The notes under the pieces are model-generated. The model had not been told where the DNA came from and did not search any database. It saw only the letters and a list, made by a program, of their open reading frames with translations. DNA of 64,000 bases from Tubulanus polymorphus (lineage: Eukaryota; Animalia; Nemertea). Shown piece by piece: positions 11,401 to 24,939 of the stretch (the stretch's first letter is position 1; the number at the start of each line of letters is the position of its first letter). Made by a program: the position numbers and the translations under genes. Location: contig NC_134032.1 of the NCBI RefSeq assembly GCF_964204645.1, forward strand, positions 9,908,275 through 9,972,274, read 5' to 3'.

Positions 11401-14400
11401 CCTTGCTGGAATTTTAAACCGGGTGCATTCAATTTTGAGTGTATGAATCGCGGCTGCTGAAGTAGCAAGGCTGTCAATCCCCCAAAAATACTGGAAAATT
11501 AAGGCTGAATTTTGGTTTGATCGTCTATTTTTCACATAAGCTTGATAATTTTCAGCACTTATAGAATATTGACATACTTATTTTATCTGAATTCAAACTG
11601 AATATCTGATGTTTTTTTTTTCAGATAATATAATAAAGATATGGCGTTTGTACCCGTACGCCCAGGAGGCATTGGCGCCGTTGATGTCGTTTTTCTGCGC
11701 CCACACGCCAATTCAAATGACCGTGTTGAAAGAGAAACTACTAGTCGCATTTCAGGAACACTCTAGCGCCACTTATAGCGTAGTCATGTATAATCTCAAT
11801 ACAAAAGGTAACAAAATTATACATTTTTTCTGGTTGGTTGGCTATATTTGAGATATGGTCACTTCTGATAATAGTTAATCATGTCTATGTGTATGTCTAT
11901 TTTTGATAGATCGCAGTGATCACTCCCCCGACGATGATCACACTGATACTATAACTGGTATTAGCGTTTGTTCGAGGTTGAAGTTATTTGCGACGTCGAG
12001 TTTAGACGGAACTATTCGCATCTGGGACGATCACAATCAACTTGTCAGGTGCGTTTCATTATACATGTACATGGTTTGTTTACACTTTGTGCATTATGTA
12101 TGATTGGATGTTTACTCGTTACATGCACCTGTTTGATCCTACATGTACATGTCTGCTTCAACCACGTGTGGTTCCAACATTTGCATGTATATTCCTACAT
12201 GTACATTTCTACTCCAACATGCGGGGGCGGATTCAAGGGGGAGCACGGGGAGCGCTCCCCTCAAAATTTCAAGGTGCCCTAAAAAGATTGTTTCTATTTA
12301 AGTAAAACCTCCAGTGTGACGCTCTTAGATTGCCCTCATTCATTAAAATGTGCCCTAACTTTACCTGCTCCTCCGCGTTAATTAAACCCTAGATCCGCCC
12401 CTGACATGTACATGTTTGTTACTTCATGTGCATGTCTACTTCAACATGTACATGTGTATTCAAACATGTTCATGTGTGTTCCTCCATGTACAGCATGCTC
12501 CAGCATGTAAATGTGTGTTCCTGCATGTGAAAGTCTGCTCCAACATGTACATGTATGTTCGTACATGTACATGTGTGTTCCTGCATGTGAAAGTCTGCTC
12601 CAACATGTACATGTTTGTTCATACATGTGCACCAGTATGTCTGTTCCTTCATGTGCATGCATATCACTAGATGTGCATACTACATGCACATTATTACATG
12701 CGTATGTCTACTTATAAATGAATGATACCGATGTATTTGTTGATTGTAGAATGTTGAAGTTGAATGCAGTTCCGTTGAGTGTTAGTTTCTGTAGTCAGAG
12801 AGGAGACCTCGTGGTCGGTATCGACAAACATCTTCATAAAATCAACTATCAGTCGTGTAAGCATAGAATATAGGTCATAGGTGGATTTACGGAAGCGACC
12901 ATGTTTATAATAAATGTATGTTCTATGTTTGTTAGATTTGCCGCGTGTCTATATTTTGAAAATGGTCTGTATGAAGTTCGACGCTTCGATTGCGCAAGAC
13001 GCTCTGCCTTACGAAGAGGAGGTCTGCCGAAAACTGTCACAGGTCGATCTGAAACGACTGAAAGGCGCCAGGGCCGCTTTCAGGTAATTTGAATATCATA
13101 AAGCATGGAATGAAGTCTTTCGATTGTTTAGCTTTACCAAGGTCTTGAAGGTAGTTGGTGTGGGTAGTAGCAGGGATGGGGGTTACACTGAATCCACAAT
13201 TTGGCCATTTATTAGATTTCGAAAGTAACACTTCTACAGGTTTGATTTAGAAAAATTTCACATGTCTGTACCTGGATGAGGAGTAATTAATTCTAAATGG
13301 CTTATCTTTGAATTTGTTTTTTGTTTGTAGATTTGAGAATTTTATGGATGTTTTGTCAGCAGAAGAAACCAAGGAAGTGATGGGAGAAAAAATACTGAAA
13401 GAAAAGGTAAAATTCGATAATAATATCTTTCTCCAACTTGTAGACACTTCCAACAATGAGAAAATAGTGCCTCTATAATCCCCCCTGTGACGGTTTCAAA
13501 TTTCAACCCTTCAAAATCTTTGAAAAAGAGTTGCCTCCATCCTTTGCCTCCATTTTCAAGGAAATTTGAACTTGATTTTTTGGCTTCCAAATCCGAAAAT
13601 TATCAAACAAGTCATCAGAGAAACATAAGATTTTCTTTTTCAACTCAGTGTATGGTATAGATCTCACTGAAAATTGATTTACTAGTGAGAAAAAGGGACA
13701 TGGATTAAATTGAAATTTCGAAGGAATTGAAGCGCGGTAACCCGGTAGTGAACCCGGTGGAATCCTCACTTGCCGCAGCAGCGTTGCCGGTACCCCATCG
13801 TTTTTCAATTGTATTTGGAGTGAATTGCTAATCGTTTGTTTTTCAGATGTTTGCCATTTTGGACCAGCGCGAGAAGGAGATTGTGTTGATTCGTGATGGT
13901 GAACTTCACGCTAAACACAAACCTAAATCGACGAAAAAAACCAAACGCGATGCGTTTGACAAATACCTGAAAATATTCTATGATCGGCCGAAAATTGAGG
14001 TACAACATCGGCACAAATCCCCCTATGACATAATCACATTATCAGTTCATTCAAGAAAAATATGGCTGCAGAAAGGATGGCTTTCCCTGTAAATCCCCCT
14101 ATGACATCATCAAATTCCCCATCTAGAATTTCCTTTCCTAAAATGGTCCTATGAATCCCCCAGGAGCCGATCTAGAGGCTATCATTGAACGACTTACCAC
14201 ATTCCAAAAGGGCACTTTGATGTCCAAAAATGCAATATTATTGGTACACCCTGAAATGTACCAATTATCTTGGTTGACGGAATGAAAATGGCACTTAAAA
14301 ATGTCCAAGTCTCACAAGTCCCCCGGATCCGTCCCTGTCCCCCATAACATAACCCATATTGTTCCCATGACTACTGTTGTCTGAATTTGGTTTTAAGAAT

Positions 14401-17400
14401 TGCAACTCTTTCAATTCATGTTTTAGCTTCCACCCGATGACGACGACCAGATTGAGGAACAGATGAAAATACTCAGCGGAGAAAAACCGGCAGTTTCTAA
14501 AGATGAGAGTAAGTATTCCGGCTACAGGGGCGGATGAGTGGGTCAGATGAAGGAATTGTTAGATCATGCCTTAATTTCGGATGACCGTATTTCTTCACGG
14601 ATTTTCAGAACGCGATGTTTATCGACCTGAAATTGGAGCGACCGGTTTCTTCCCTCCGGCAAATCTCGCCAAACGACAACCTGCCTTGGTCGGCGCCCCG
14701 TGTGCCGCTGCGGAGAGTGCCGCTCCGGATAAACCACTCCGCGCGGCGTATTATCCGACGATGCCGGACGGATACGTACCGAACTCGATCCTGACGCGTC
14801 TGCTCTGGCCGCCCGAACAGAAAGCGGCGATCAAAAAGGCGTACAAACCTCCAAAACTGAACCGCGAACAACTGGAACTGATTAAAAAACTGAAAAAAGT
14901 AAATACGGGTTTCTTTTTATTTCCGAATTGAACCATTAAATCATGGTAGAGCAATGCATTGTACTAGCAAAGCCCATCACCTATTTACACTCTGCACTGT
15001 GGTGTAGACGCACTGAAAGGGTAAAGTATTGTTGATTATTGTGTATTTGTAGCCGGTGTCAAGTGTCGACATACAGCGTGAAGCGACGCGCTCCACGTCG
15101 AACTGGAACGACCGTACGATGATCATGGATTGGAGCGACGATGAGGAATCGAAGAAGGAGGTCGAAGAGGACGATGATGAGGAATTCACTTTGAGCAGAC
15201 GGCCGAGCGGGAAAGATTCCGCGAGACCGGACGGGGAGGAATCGCCTCCGTCGTTGATGGATAAAATGAAAGGAATTCTCGAAAAACCGCCTTCGCCTAA
15301 GGTAAACCGATTTAACCCCTTCCTACCCACTCCCTATTTACAACAACCCTACTAGGTAGGAAGGTTTACCGCTTTTTAGGTAATTTACTACAGGCCTACA
15401 GCACCTTCCCTGTCCTTATATTCCCGTTGACTCTTATACATTTGAGTTTATTTAATTATCCTGCTATTCCTGATTACACCACCTTTCCCGGCCTGCTAGA
15501 TGGCGCTGTCCCTGCTCAGCCAGCCCCTGCCTTGCAATTTACCAGGGCACAGCTTTCCTGCCAGGTGGTGCCAAAATTTCAGATTTATTACAATAGTATT
15601 ATACTGAATACCTGAATCAGGCTTCTTACCCAAATCATAGATTTTCCATACCCAAAAATTACCAGTACCTATCACCAATCTGGAACAGGCAATGTTGGTC
15701 ATCTGAAGTAAATAAGTGCCAATCATAAATACCATTGACAAAGTCTTTTCATAACGATTTTTATCAAATGTGTAATGGCTATGAACAATGCATTTTCTAG
15801 AAAGTGGCAACTGCCTGTTGTCATCAACATTCTAGGACATTTAGGCATATAGCCTAAAATTCAAAATAGGAGGAAAATCATATTTTGGGACCATTTTCTG
15901 ATCCTCCATACCTTTTCCATAGCCATAAAGGAAGAAAAAATGTTCATAGATTTTCAAGGGCCTGGAAAAAAATTTCTATTTTCCAAAACTTTCAAAAATC
16001 CTTAAGAACCCTGCAAAATACAAGCGTTTTTGTTTTTCAGTTGGATGCTCCATCCCCAGAGCCGCTACCTGCCCCGACCCCGGAGACACCAGTCGATGAC
16101 TCGGTCAAAAAACAGTCTACTCCACCGTCGCGTCGACCTACCAGTCAACTGACGCCGCAGCGTCCAACTCAACCAAAACCGTTGAAACCTCGCGACTCCG
16201 GAGTCATCAAACCGCTTAAACCGATCGTCAAACACGTTTCACGTCCGCCGCCGAAGAGTCCTCAGGCGCCACCTACGCCTAAACCTCGTACGCCTACCCC
16301 GCCGCCGACTCCACTACCTGATTTCATCTCGCAGTTTAAAGGCGTCGACTGGTTCGAGAAATACTTCCCCAACTGTAACGAACGGGTAATAGAACTCAAT
16401 TCCGATTTATCTAAACTTTCGAAATTCTAAGGTTCACATGAACATGTAACATGGATCCATATGCCAGGTGACATATGTGCACATGACCATCTGCTCTTCA
16501 TTGAGTATCCATATTACATGTAACATGTTAACACATGGACATGTAACACGTTTGTCTTGTACTATGGATACTGACGGTTTGCTGTTCATTGAGGTCATTG
16601 CTATCTGTATTTACATTTTATGTGCTGTAGTTCTGTGGGATAAGGCTTGGTACTGTTGCATTAACTATCAGTGCTGAATGACAAGCAGGCTCGATTCCTG
16701 CTGGCTGCTTACAGTGTGTGGGTAGCACATCAAGGGCCGTCCTGTAGTAATGTTAGATTAGCAATCTAATGGGGTTAATCTTTGGAAACCAAGAACGATG
16801 TAATGCAAGATAAACAACAATAACACATGTTAACACATGTACATGTAACATGTCTACAATGCCTTTCATTAATGTCATCAGTATTTATATATGATGTTAT
16901 GCTTTTTTACGCATGTGCATGTATTATTATATTAGATTATACACGCGTATTTAACATGGATACTAACCGGTCCGTTATCTATATTTCTATTCAGACGATG
17001 CCGAAACCGTGGTCGACCGAAGCGTTTATCACGATGTTGCTTCGCGTGATGAAAATCGCCGAGTTACAAATCAAAATCTCCGTGATGAACGCGATTTTAA
17101 CCATACATCATCAAGAAGGTAGGTGCAACGAAATTGTCTGTAGGATTAGTGTAATTTCATGTTGTCATGAAGGGATTTTATAGAGACGGCCATCTTTTCT
17201 AGAGAAAATGTGGGGTAAATTGATAATCTCGCAAGGGAATTCATGGATGCCATTCTTTTCTCGAAGTGTCTTAACCCTTTCAGTGCTGGCTAATTAATAC
17301 CCTATAGTGCTGAAGATAATTTGAAAATTCTGAAAAATTCCACCCTAGTGTATTAAATAATGGGAATAGCACTGTAGTGCGTCTATACCCAGGCGCGGTA

Positions 17401-20400
17401 TATCGTTAGTTACTAATATTTCACTACGTTCGACAGTTGCTGCGATCTTTCAAGAAAGATAATTAGTAATTACTAATTAAATCAATTAATTTTTTTAATT
17501 AATTTTTTTACCTTATGAATTTCTATTTTTCAGGAGTGACGAACAACGAAGCCGTCACTAAGACCGTGATCGGATTGTTGAATAGCTCGGAGAATCCGAT
17601 GACGTGTTTGGACGCGTTACAGAAAGAGTTCATATTAACGGCGTTACGTTTGACGTGCGCGATGAGGTCGTATACTAAAGATTTATACGCCGAGGTCATG
17701 TGTCAATATATGGACGGCGATAAAGACGTCAGGTATGGCTGCCTCCATTTTAATCCTCCAATGATGTCATCAAATTTCATCTGTAAACTCTAAATCCCCT
17801 ATTAAAAAGGGGCTGTCTTCACAAAATCCCCTATGATATCACACTCAGTGCCAAGCTGTTGACACTTCAAGAAATTATGGCTGTCCCCCGTAAATCCCCT
17901 AATGATATCATCAAATTACCTCTTAAGACTCATTAATCCACTGTGACAAAAGATAACTACCACCATAAATCCCCTTTGACCATCATCCTCAAATTACCAC
18001 GTATAGACAATTCCAGTTAAAATGGCTTCCCCCATTAATCCCCCTTTGATTTTGCCATATTTTCCTCAATTTATAGATCCACTTCTGTTGATATGTTGAA
18101 GATGTGTGGAATGATTGATCCACATAATTATTTTACGAAAGAACTCGACTCGTGGGACACGTGGGGCCTCGACGATAAAAACCGCAAACGAACGTTAATC
18201 GCGATGTGCTCCGATTGGCTGGAAAAGTAAGTTTGAAATTTGAATTTCTTTAAGTCTGTCTAATCAAGTCACCAATACGGTAATTGATTCAAAACTTATG
18301 AGTCCTTTTGAAAGCAAAAAATATTTTAATGAATTCAAATCTGGCTGCCATAATTAGGTGGATGACGCAGTTTAAAATTCACCTCAACGACGCTATCGAG
18401 AAGTTGAAGAAAGGTCAAGGTCTCCACGGTAAAGTGGTACCCCCGACGGCGCAGACGGGTAAACTATCGTCGCCAAGTAAAAGTATTCTGAAACGAAATG
18501 ATGAAACCGTGGACTCGAATAAACAAAAGGCTGTTACTGGTAAGGATCACTATATTTCACAGGGTAACCCTTTCAGTGCGTCTACACTGCAGTGTTGCGC
18601 ATAAATCAGTGATGAATATTGCCCATTTGGTAAAACCCATCACCGAAAGGGTTACCGTGATAAACTGCTACATGCATACCGGTATCTCCCTATGACATCA
18701 AATCCAAATGCCCCTTTAGACACTTCCAAGGAAGATGGCCATTTTCATACGAGAAACAAAAAAAGAAAGAGATCACATATGTTTGTTTCCATGTTTTCCT
18801 GCATCATGGGCTTGAGGGGGGCGGCCAATGCCTATCCTGCACTAAGTAGCCTAATAGATGAGTGGGTTGAGGCTGTAGCTCGGATGTCACTTTCTCTCTT
18901 CTCCATGCTGGAGCAATTTAGGGGCGTGTTCCCTCATATGGGCCCTGGCATTGTTTGATCCCTGGTTGTGTTAGAGACACTTGTCCTTGGGGTGATGGAA
19001 GAACATTACTGAGTGATCCCTTGGGTTATGGGGACTTTAGGGACCAGTTGCTCGAAAGCTGGAAAGATTTAACCAATGGATAGTTGACACTAGTAATAAT
19101 TAAAAGTTCTTTGTTACCCTTAATGATGATATTCACCTACCTATCTTTATCCAATTTTTTTAGCAACTGGCCCCAGTTTAAAATCAGTTTCACTTTAGCA
19201 TTTTAGGATCATTATTTAATCTGTTCGAATCGGACAAAATATTTCATTTCAAATTTTGCTTCATTTCAGTAACTTTCGATGCAGTACCCGATGCATCGCT
19301 AATCGAAAGCGCCACCTACATTGAAGCGATCAACTATTTTTGCGAGTTCCAGTTACAGAAAGAACTGGAACGTCTACGCTCAGGCGGAACGGATAAAGAG
19401 AAAAAGCCATCGCTACCGAAAAATACGGTTCTCGTTTTACCAAAAGTCGACGGGTTAGTATCGGAATTATTAGTGAACTACCTATAAGGGTGCAGCGCTA
19501 CCAAATGTTCCTGATTTTCAGTACTTGCTACTATATTATAACAAGAAATGCAGATTGATTTGTTTGATGCATACAGAAATGTGAAAGATGTTACTGAGGG
19601 TCATACTGCCGATAACTGATTAATTTGAACATTTTCTTTCATATTTCAATGAAATTTTACTGAAAAATATTCAATTTGTTACTGATAGCGGTTGGAGCCC
19701 AAGGGGGTCAAACTGGGATCATTGAAAGATTTTGTACCTGTTGTTTTCCATGACAACTCTGCTGCTAGCAGGTGTGGGTTTGTAAGGGACACCAAATCAA
19801 ATATCAAGGGTCAATCCCTGTTTAAAGATGAAAAAAAGTTTGTTCTGAGAACTGTGCCTTACTACACATTTACAGTTTTCTTTATTAGCCCTATTATTGA
19901 AAATGTGTGCTCTCTGACCTTCTTGAAGGGGTTATCTTGTTTGGAGGGATGGGACGAATGATTTTGGTTGGAGGGGAGGGCTTTCTTTGTAAACTAAAGG
20001 CGATGATATATATTTTTGAAATGTTTTCTCTCTAATGCTGCAAACATCAGGAACTATATCGTTTCCCAATCAGCCAATCAGAGCTGTCATATTTCTCAAT
20101 TGGCCAATCAGAACTGCGGTGACATTAGTACCGATAGTCCTGTGATTTCATTCGCCGATTCGAACGAAGATTTCACTCGTACTTTAATCGTCGACGGCGA
20201 AATTTTCTTAGATCCGTCTGCCTCGAGTTCGAGGTCATCGACCGCGGATTCAAGGTTGTCTGCCATAACCGATTCCTCGCAATCGAGGCTTTTGAGTTTT
20301 GACTGCGGCAATGAAGATCGGTCAATCGATGATCGTGACCACAACCTTGAGAAATATTCAATAACGTTTCCGCGGTTACGAACGCGGCAGACGGAATGCG

Positions 20401-22513
20401 TCGATCAACTGTTAGGCGGTTGTTACGACGACAGCGATGACGAAAACGTTACGATAACGTTACCGTGCTTAGTAAGCTCCGAACCGCGACGGACCGACCG
20501 TGTCTGTCGCGCGGGAATATACGAGGTACCGTCCCGATGTGGTATCTGTCGTAAATGCATGCGCAGTCAATGTGGTCGGTGTCATCACAATGAAGCATGC
20601 CTTAAAAGGTATTTTTTGGTTCGTTTGGTTCATTTCTTTTTTTTTTTTGAGTCGCAGCAAATAGATTCCTCGGTAGAAAAGAGATTTTCGTTTTTGTTGA
20701 AAAAGTGTTTTACTGGTCACAAGTTTTTCACAAGGTTTTCTTGCGGAGTTTTTGCACCGATCCAGTTGAGCGGTTGTGGGTTTTATAATTGAATTAATTA
20801 TGCACTGATTTCGAACCTAGAATCAAATCAAACTCACAACTGTGAAACTGGGGCCTGATTTACACTTATTTGAATGATATGAGTCTTTTTCATGTTTCCT
20901 TAATTTCACATAAACACAAGTAATTGAATTCACAAATCACTGTTTTAAAGTCCCAAGTTGCTTGAATTTCAATAGGAATGCCAGCGGTTCCAAAGTTTAT
21001 ATCCTGAGTCATAAAGTGGTTTTAAATTTCAGACCCATCATTTTCCAATTGCTCAAGACCCGAGAGTCAAGTTCCGTAGGCATGCATGGTTTCCACAGAA
21101 CAGGGAAATTGGGAAAAACTTGGGAATTTTGAAATGATTATTCCCGGTATGGAAATATTTGGGAATTTGAAAACTTTTCCTCAAATCAGGGGAATATTTG
21201 AGAAATTCATTACATTTCACATATTGCATTTGCCAAGGGCAACTTTCTTCAGCAATTTCCCTTGAAAATCACCTTTATCAGCCAGTCACCGCTAAAATGT
21301 TGGCTGTAGCATGACGATATGTGTTCATTTCCATTTGGGAAAATTGAAAAATCACCCATGAAATACTTGGGAAAAATTTGGGAATTTTGAATTCATATAA
21401 CTGTGGGAACCATGGTCATGGTTTAGATTTAAGACCATGTTAAGACCATCTTAGTTCTATAACCAATCTCTCAAGACCAGTATTAAGATGTGAGAAAACC
21501 TTTTGACTGGCCCCCTACACTAACGACTCAAATCTGTCACAAAACTATGGAACGTTGTCATTGTGGTGCCCAAGACTGATAGTTACATCTACATTCATTG
21601 ACATTGTGTTGTTTTTATTTTTTGTAGAAGAACGGCTTTGGTACGATTAGGAGAAACACACACTAGTCAGTGTCGACCACATAGAGAAACTTCTTACGCT
21701 GTCGGTAAGTTCTACTTAACATCAAACAAACAAAAGCCTGCTCCAAGGGTTTGAATTAAGTCCGGGACCAGTTGCTCAAAGTTGGTTAGAGTTAACCAGT
21801 GGATAGTTGGTATTTTTCTGTCGGTTATCTTTGACCAACTTTGAGCAACTGGCCCCTGCTCTATGAAACGAACTTAAAAGAATAACTGGTCTTCTAAATC
21901 AGCCCCTGGGGTTATAGATAGAACTACTGTAGTCTACAAAACACAGGTCCCAGAGGCCGGTTTCACAGTTGAGACTAGTCCAAAAGAGGTGTTAAATCTT
22001 AAGAATGGCTATATGGATGGTCTCAGACTAGTCTTCAGTCAAAGCCATGACCATGGAACCGACCCCAGGGTAGAAGAAAACCTAGTCTTTAAAACTGGCT
22101 CCCCTGGGTTTAAGTTAAAAATGGTCCACCAAATACAACCAGCTCTTAGGGATTTAAGCTGACTTCGAAACCCAGCCCCTGCATGGTTCAAGTTAACATT
22201 GGCATAAAAATGGGGCCCACTCTTAAAAGAGGGTTCCGAACTATTTTTCTAAATAGACAATTTTGATAATATTTCAGACTACCGCTCATTGCCCATGACG
22301 AGTCGTGGTCGTCAGCCCGCGATCGGGCAACTCGATGGATTTCCGAACTGTATCGTGTTGCCGCTGAAGACCGTGGCGATGAATCCGTTCCCGAGTCCAA
22401 TCGATTATTACGAAATGCGCGAACCAGTTTTGATCACGTTGAAAATGGCGCCGAAGTATTTCATACCTTCGCAGTCATTCATTCCACCGGATGTCGCGCC
22501 TTCCCTTTCGTGA
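5403..22513 (+). CDS. WDR97: WD repeat-containing protein 97-like (about 1532 aa; about 1718 aa with the cassette exon)
   Basis: Phase-consistent GT-AG exons: 5403-5663, 6754-6909, 7633-7749, 8098-8250, 8593-8716, 9088-9379, 9997-10172, 10562-10663, 11035-11328, 11625-11807, 11910-12048, 12750-12856, 12936-13083, 13331-13406, 13847-13999, 14427-14508, 14609-14898, 15053-15301, 16041-16385, 16995-17118, 17534-17732, 18077-18226, 18358-18539, 19270-19453, [20051-20608 optional], 21628-21704, 22278-22513. WD40 motifs include LITGAKDGSIKVW, VFVGHSHRISAL..SASFDHTLRVW and ATSSLDGTIRIWD. The segment IKIWRLYPYAQEALAPLMSF..SATYSVV..DHSPDDDHTDTITG..LKLNAVP..FCSQRGDLV matches my recollection of WDR97 (KIAA1875). 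GYVPNS motif and a Pro-rich linker follow. Confidence 0.85.
6161..6714. mobile_element. Tc1/mariner-type MITE (CAGTAAAACCT termini)
   Basis: TA|CAGTAAAACCTCTCC ... GGAAGGTTTTACTG; the right TSD is degenerate. Confidence 0.5.
7454..7560. mobile_element. About 100-130 bp MITE family (GGGCCAGTTGCTCAAA termini); other copies at 19040-19174 and 21764-21856
   Basis: Shared TIR and internal GTTAGAGTTAACCAGTGGATAGTTG in three intronic copies. Confidence 0.65.
8790..8990. repeat. Degenerate tandem repeat (GGATTCCATTGTGGCAAGTGAGGATCCACCAGGTGTG core, 3 copies)
   Basis: Core repeated at about 8795, 8870 and 8946. Confidence 0.7.
12060..12720. repeat. ACATGT-rich degenerate minisatellite containing a CAGGGGCGGATC-type MITE (12222-12403)
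   Basis: Repeated ACATGTACATGT/CTGCATGTGAAAGTCTGCTCCAAC units; inverted termini CGGGGGCGGATTCA ... TAGATCCGCCCCTG. Confidence 0.7.
14161..14337. mobile_element. hAT-like MITE (CAGGGGCGGATC family); related copy at 56951-57125
   Basis: CAGGAGCCGATCTAGAGG...GGATCCGTCCCTG; both copies share GGCACTTTGATGTCCA internally. Confidence 0.55.
20051..20608 (+). CDS. Candidate cassette exon of WDR97 (186 codons, Ser/Asp-rich, ending in a Cys cluster)
   Basis: CAG acceptor at 20048-20050 and AG|GTATTT donor. The exon is phase 2-2, open in frame with both flanking exons, and has the CpG-rich composition of the true exons. Confidence 0.5.
21085..21414. mobile_element. hAT-like MITE
   Basis: Inverted termini CATGGTTTCCACAG ... 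CTGTGGGAACCATG with internal GGGAA(A/T)T subrepeats. Confidence 0.55.
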
Positions 22514-24939
22514 TGATCCTGGAAGAATTACGATCCTAAAATTCTACTCCTCTTTATCCAAACACACGGTTCTGTAACGCACTATAATCAGAGTGAAGTT
22601 TTGGTCACTTGTTCGTGTATTGAGATTAGTTTTTTTTATTTGTATAAAATGTATGAAAAGAATTGTTGTTCTATAGACTGTGATAACTCTAAACTGAACC
22701 CAATTCCACAGTTCGATTTAGATTTGTATTTACAACTTGTGGGTGGGGGTGATAATTAAACATTTACCAGTGACTCGAGCATCACTGGTAGACTGATGTT
22801 AATCTCAGTATTCAGAGTTTATGTGCAAAACCCACAGTTGATGATGTATTTTAACCATTTATTTTTTGACGGTTTTGACTAAACTTCATCATGAAAGAAA
22901 CCAAAATAACGTAGTAATTATTGCGTTTTTTTTGTTTCTTTGATGATTAAGTTTAGTCAAAACTTCCAAACTGTCAGAAAATAAATGGTCAAAAACAACA
23001 AGGTGGGTTTTGTGCTTGTTGACCTGAGCATCATTTGGATTCTGCACACATAGTTCGACACCTACTAGTTCACTCAAACATAATCAATTCAATTTCTATT
23101 ATAACTTTGACCGTAGAGACAAATCTCTGAAATAAAAACTGTGGAACTGGGTCTTTGTAAATACTAGGATGAAGGGCGTCCTATTAATGTATGAATACTC
23201 TGCTGTCATTTTTTTCAAGAATGTTAAATTCCGTCCAAATTTCTACACTGTGGAGGACCCAGTTTCAGTTCTTCACAAACTTTACTAAACTGTTTTACTG
23301 GGTCTTTTCATAAAAAAATTCTGATTGAATTTATGTAAATTTGTCTCAACCCAATATTTTGAGATTGAAAGATTATTTGTTTTGAATAAAGATATTTAAA
23401 CAAACCTTTTTTCTATTGTGATTAACATGGGAATTGCACTTGGTTCATCGGATTTCAGCAACCCTTCCTAGGGTATGGCTATCCTACTTTCCCTGGGCCC
23501 TGAAACAGGGTGTTTCCCCTCTCACAGATTGTAGCTGCGAGACTTAAGTATAAGTAAGCACTTTGTATGCTTGCTAACCTTGCCTTAGCAGGGCGGAGGG
23601 GATCTAGGAAAATTGGAAGAATGGGGTGTAGGAGCAAAGGCATTTCATGGATAAAGCACCCCAGTCAAAGGCCTCTGGGGTTCTGCCCTCAGTTTTGAGA
23701 TATTTTGAAGAAATACATTCTAAAGGTTCAATCAATTTTATTCTTCCTCTAACTCCAGAAATGAGTAAAACCAGCGAGAAATTTGTTCAAAATATTCAAA
23801 AGCGGTATTTATTTCATCAAATATGTTCAAAAACAGCAAAATGCAAGTTTATTACAAAAAAACGTCGTAGGACTCTTTATACAGTTTGATGCATGACCTG
23901 AATAAATGCTCGATTTTACAAATATTTCATAATCAATTCAAAACATGAAAATTACGCGAAAAATCCACTAATCAATTCAAATAAATGCAATTTTGATCGC
24001 TCAATATTTACAACTAGACAAATGCTCATGATAATAATACATACAGTCTTGAAAATCTCGCACCCAATTGTGAAAAATCCAACAGACTAACAAAAACAAT
24101 GATGAATACAATGCTTGAAAAATTTTCATAATTTTTCGGCTAAAAATTTGAGTCTGTATAGAAAAATGACTTGAGAAAATCATGCGAATATAAAAACTTC
24201 TGCAATAGGCGTTAGTTTAAAAAGTTCGAGCCAGCGAAACTACGACAATGCTTCTTAGTGCTTAAAATTGAGAACGTTGGTCATTCTCCAGATCCAGTTG
24301 AGCTGAATTCAGCTTTGGAGTTGACCCTAGAGTTATCGAAAGCAAACTTATTTTGATTTATTTCAGTAAAAATCTAAATATGAACACTTGATATCATGTT
24401 TCGACCTATAGTCGATATCTATGGTCGCAGTTCTATTAGAACCAGGTCTTGCTATTTGAGGTATGGTATTACAAGAGATTTTACTAAAAGATTGACTAGG
24501 GTGCTAGGATCCAGAGCCAAGAAAACGTTTAACGATTAATTTCTTCATTCATTTAGTATGCCTTAATTCGATTTGAGGGTTAATCCTTTTTGTGGAACCG
24601 GATCCAGTGTTCTGTTCTACGATTCATTCAGTTGTCTCCACACTTAACACCTCGACTCCACAGTCACAAATCCGTCATGTAACCATCCTTTTTAATGCCA
24701 CTGCTCACTGAAGAAAGACCAGAATTTTCAGAGGACAAATTTGCACCAATTCAAAGGAAATAATACCATCCTGTATAATGCAATGTTTTTCATTGGTCCC
24801 ACCCCAATACAGTGGCATTATAAAAGACGTTTGCTGTATCATACTAGACTTTAAGAGTTGATATTTAACGGGAAGACTGAATTCAAAATGAACACACGAC
24901 TATAAAACAAGGTCTTGCGGAGAATGATCTAAGATTCTA

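Noticed and set aside
11968-12717. Cys/His-rich ORFs (HVHV, CTCM)
   Set aside because: They arise from the ACATGT-rich intronic minisatellite and are not metal-binding proteins.
16622-16800. tRNA-like A/B boxes (GTAGTTCTGTGG..GGCTCGATTCC)
   Set aside because: There is no cloverleaf; at most this is a decayed tRNA-derived SINE.
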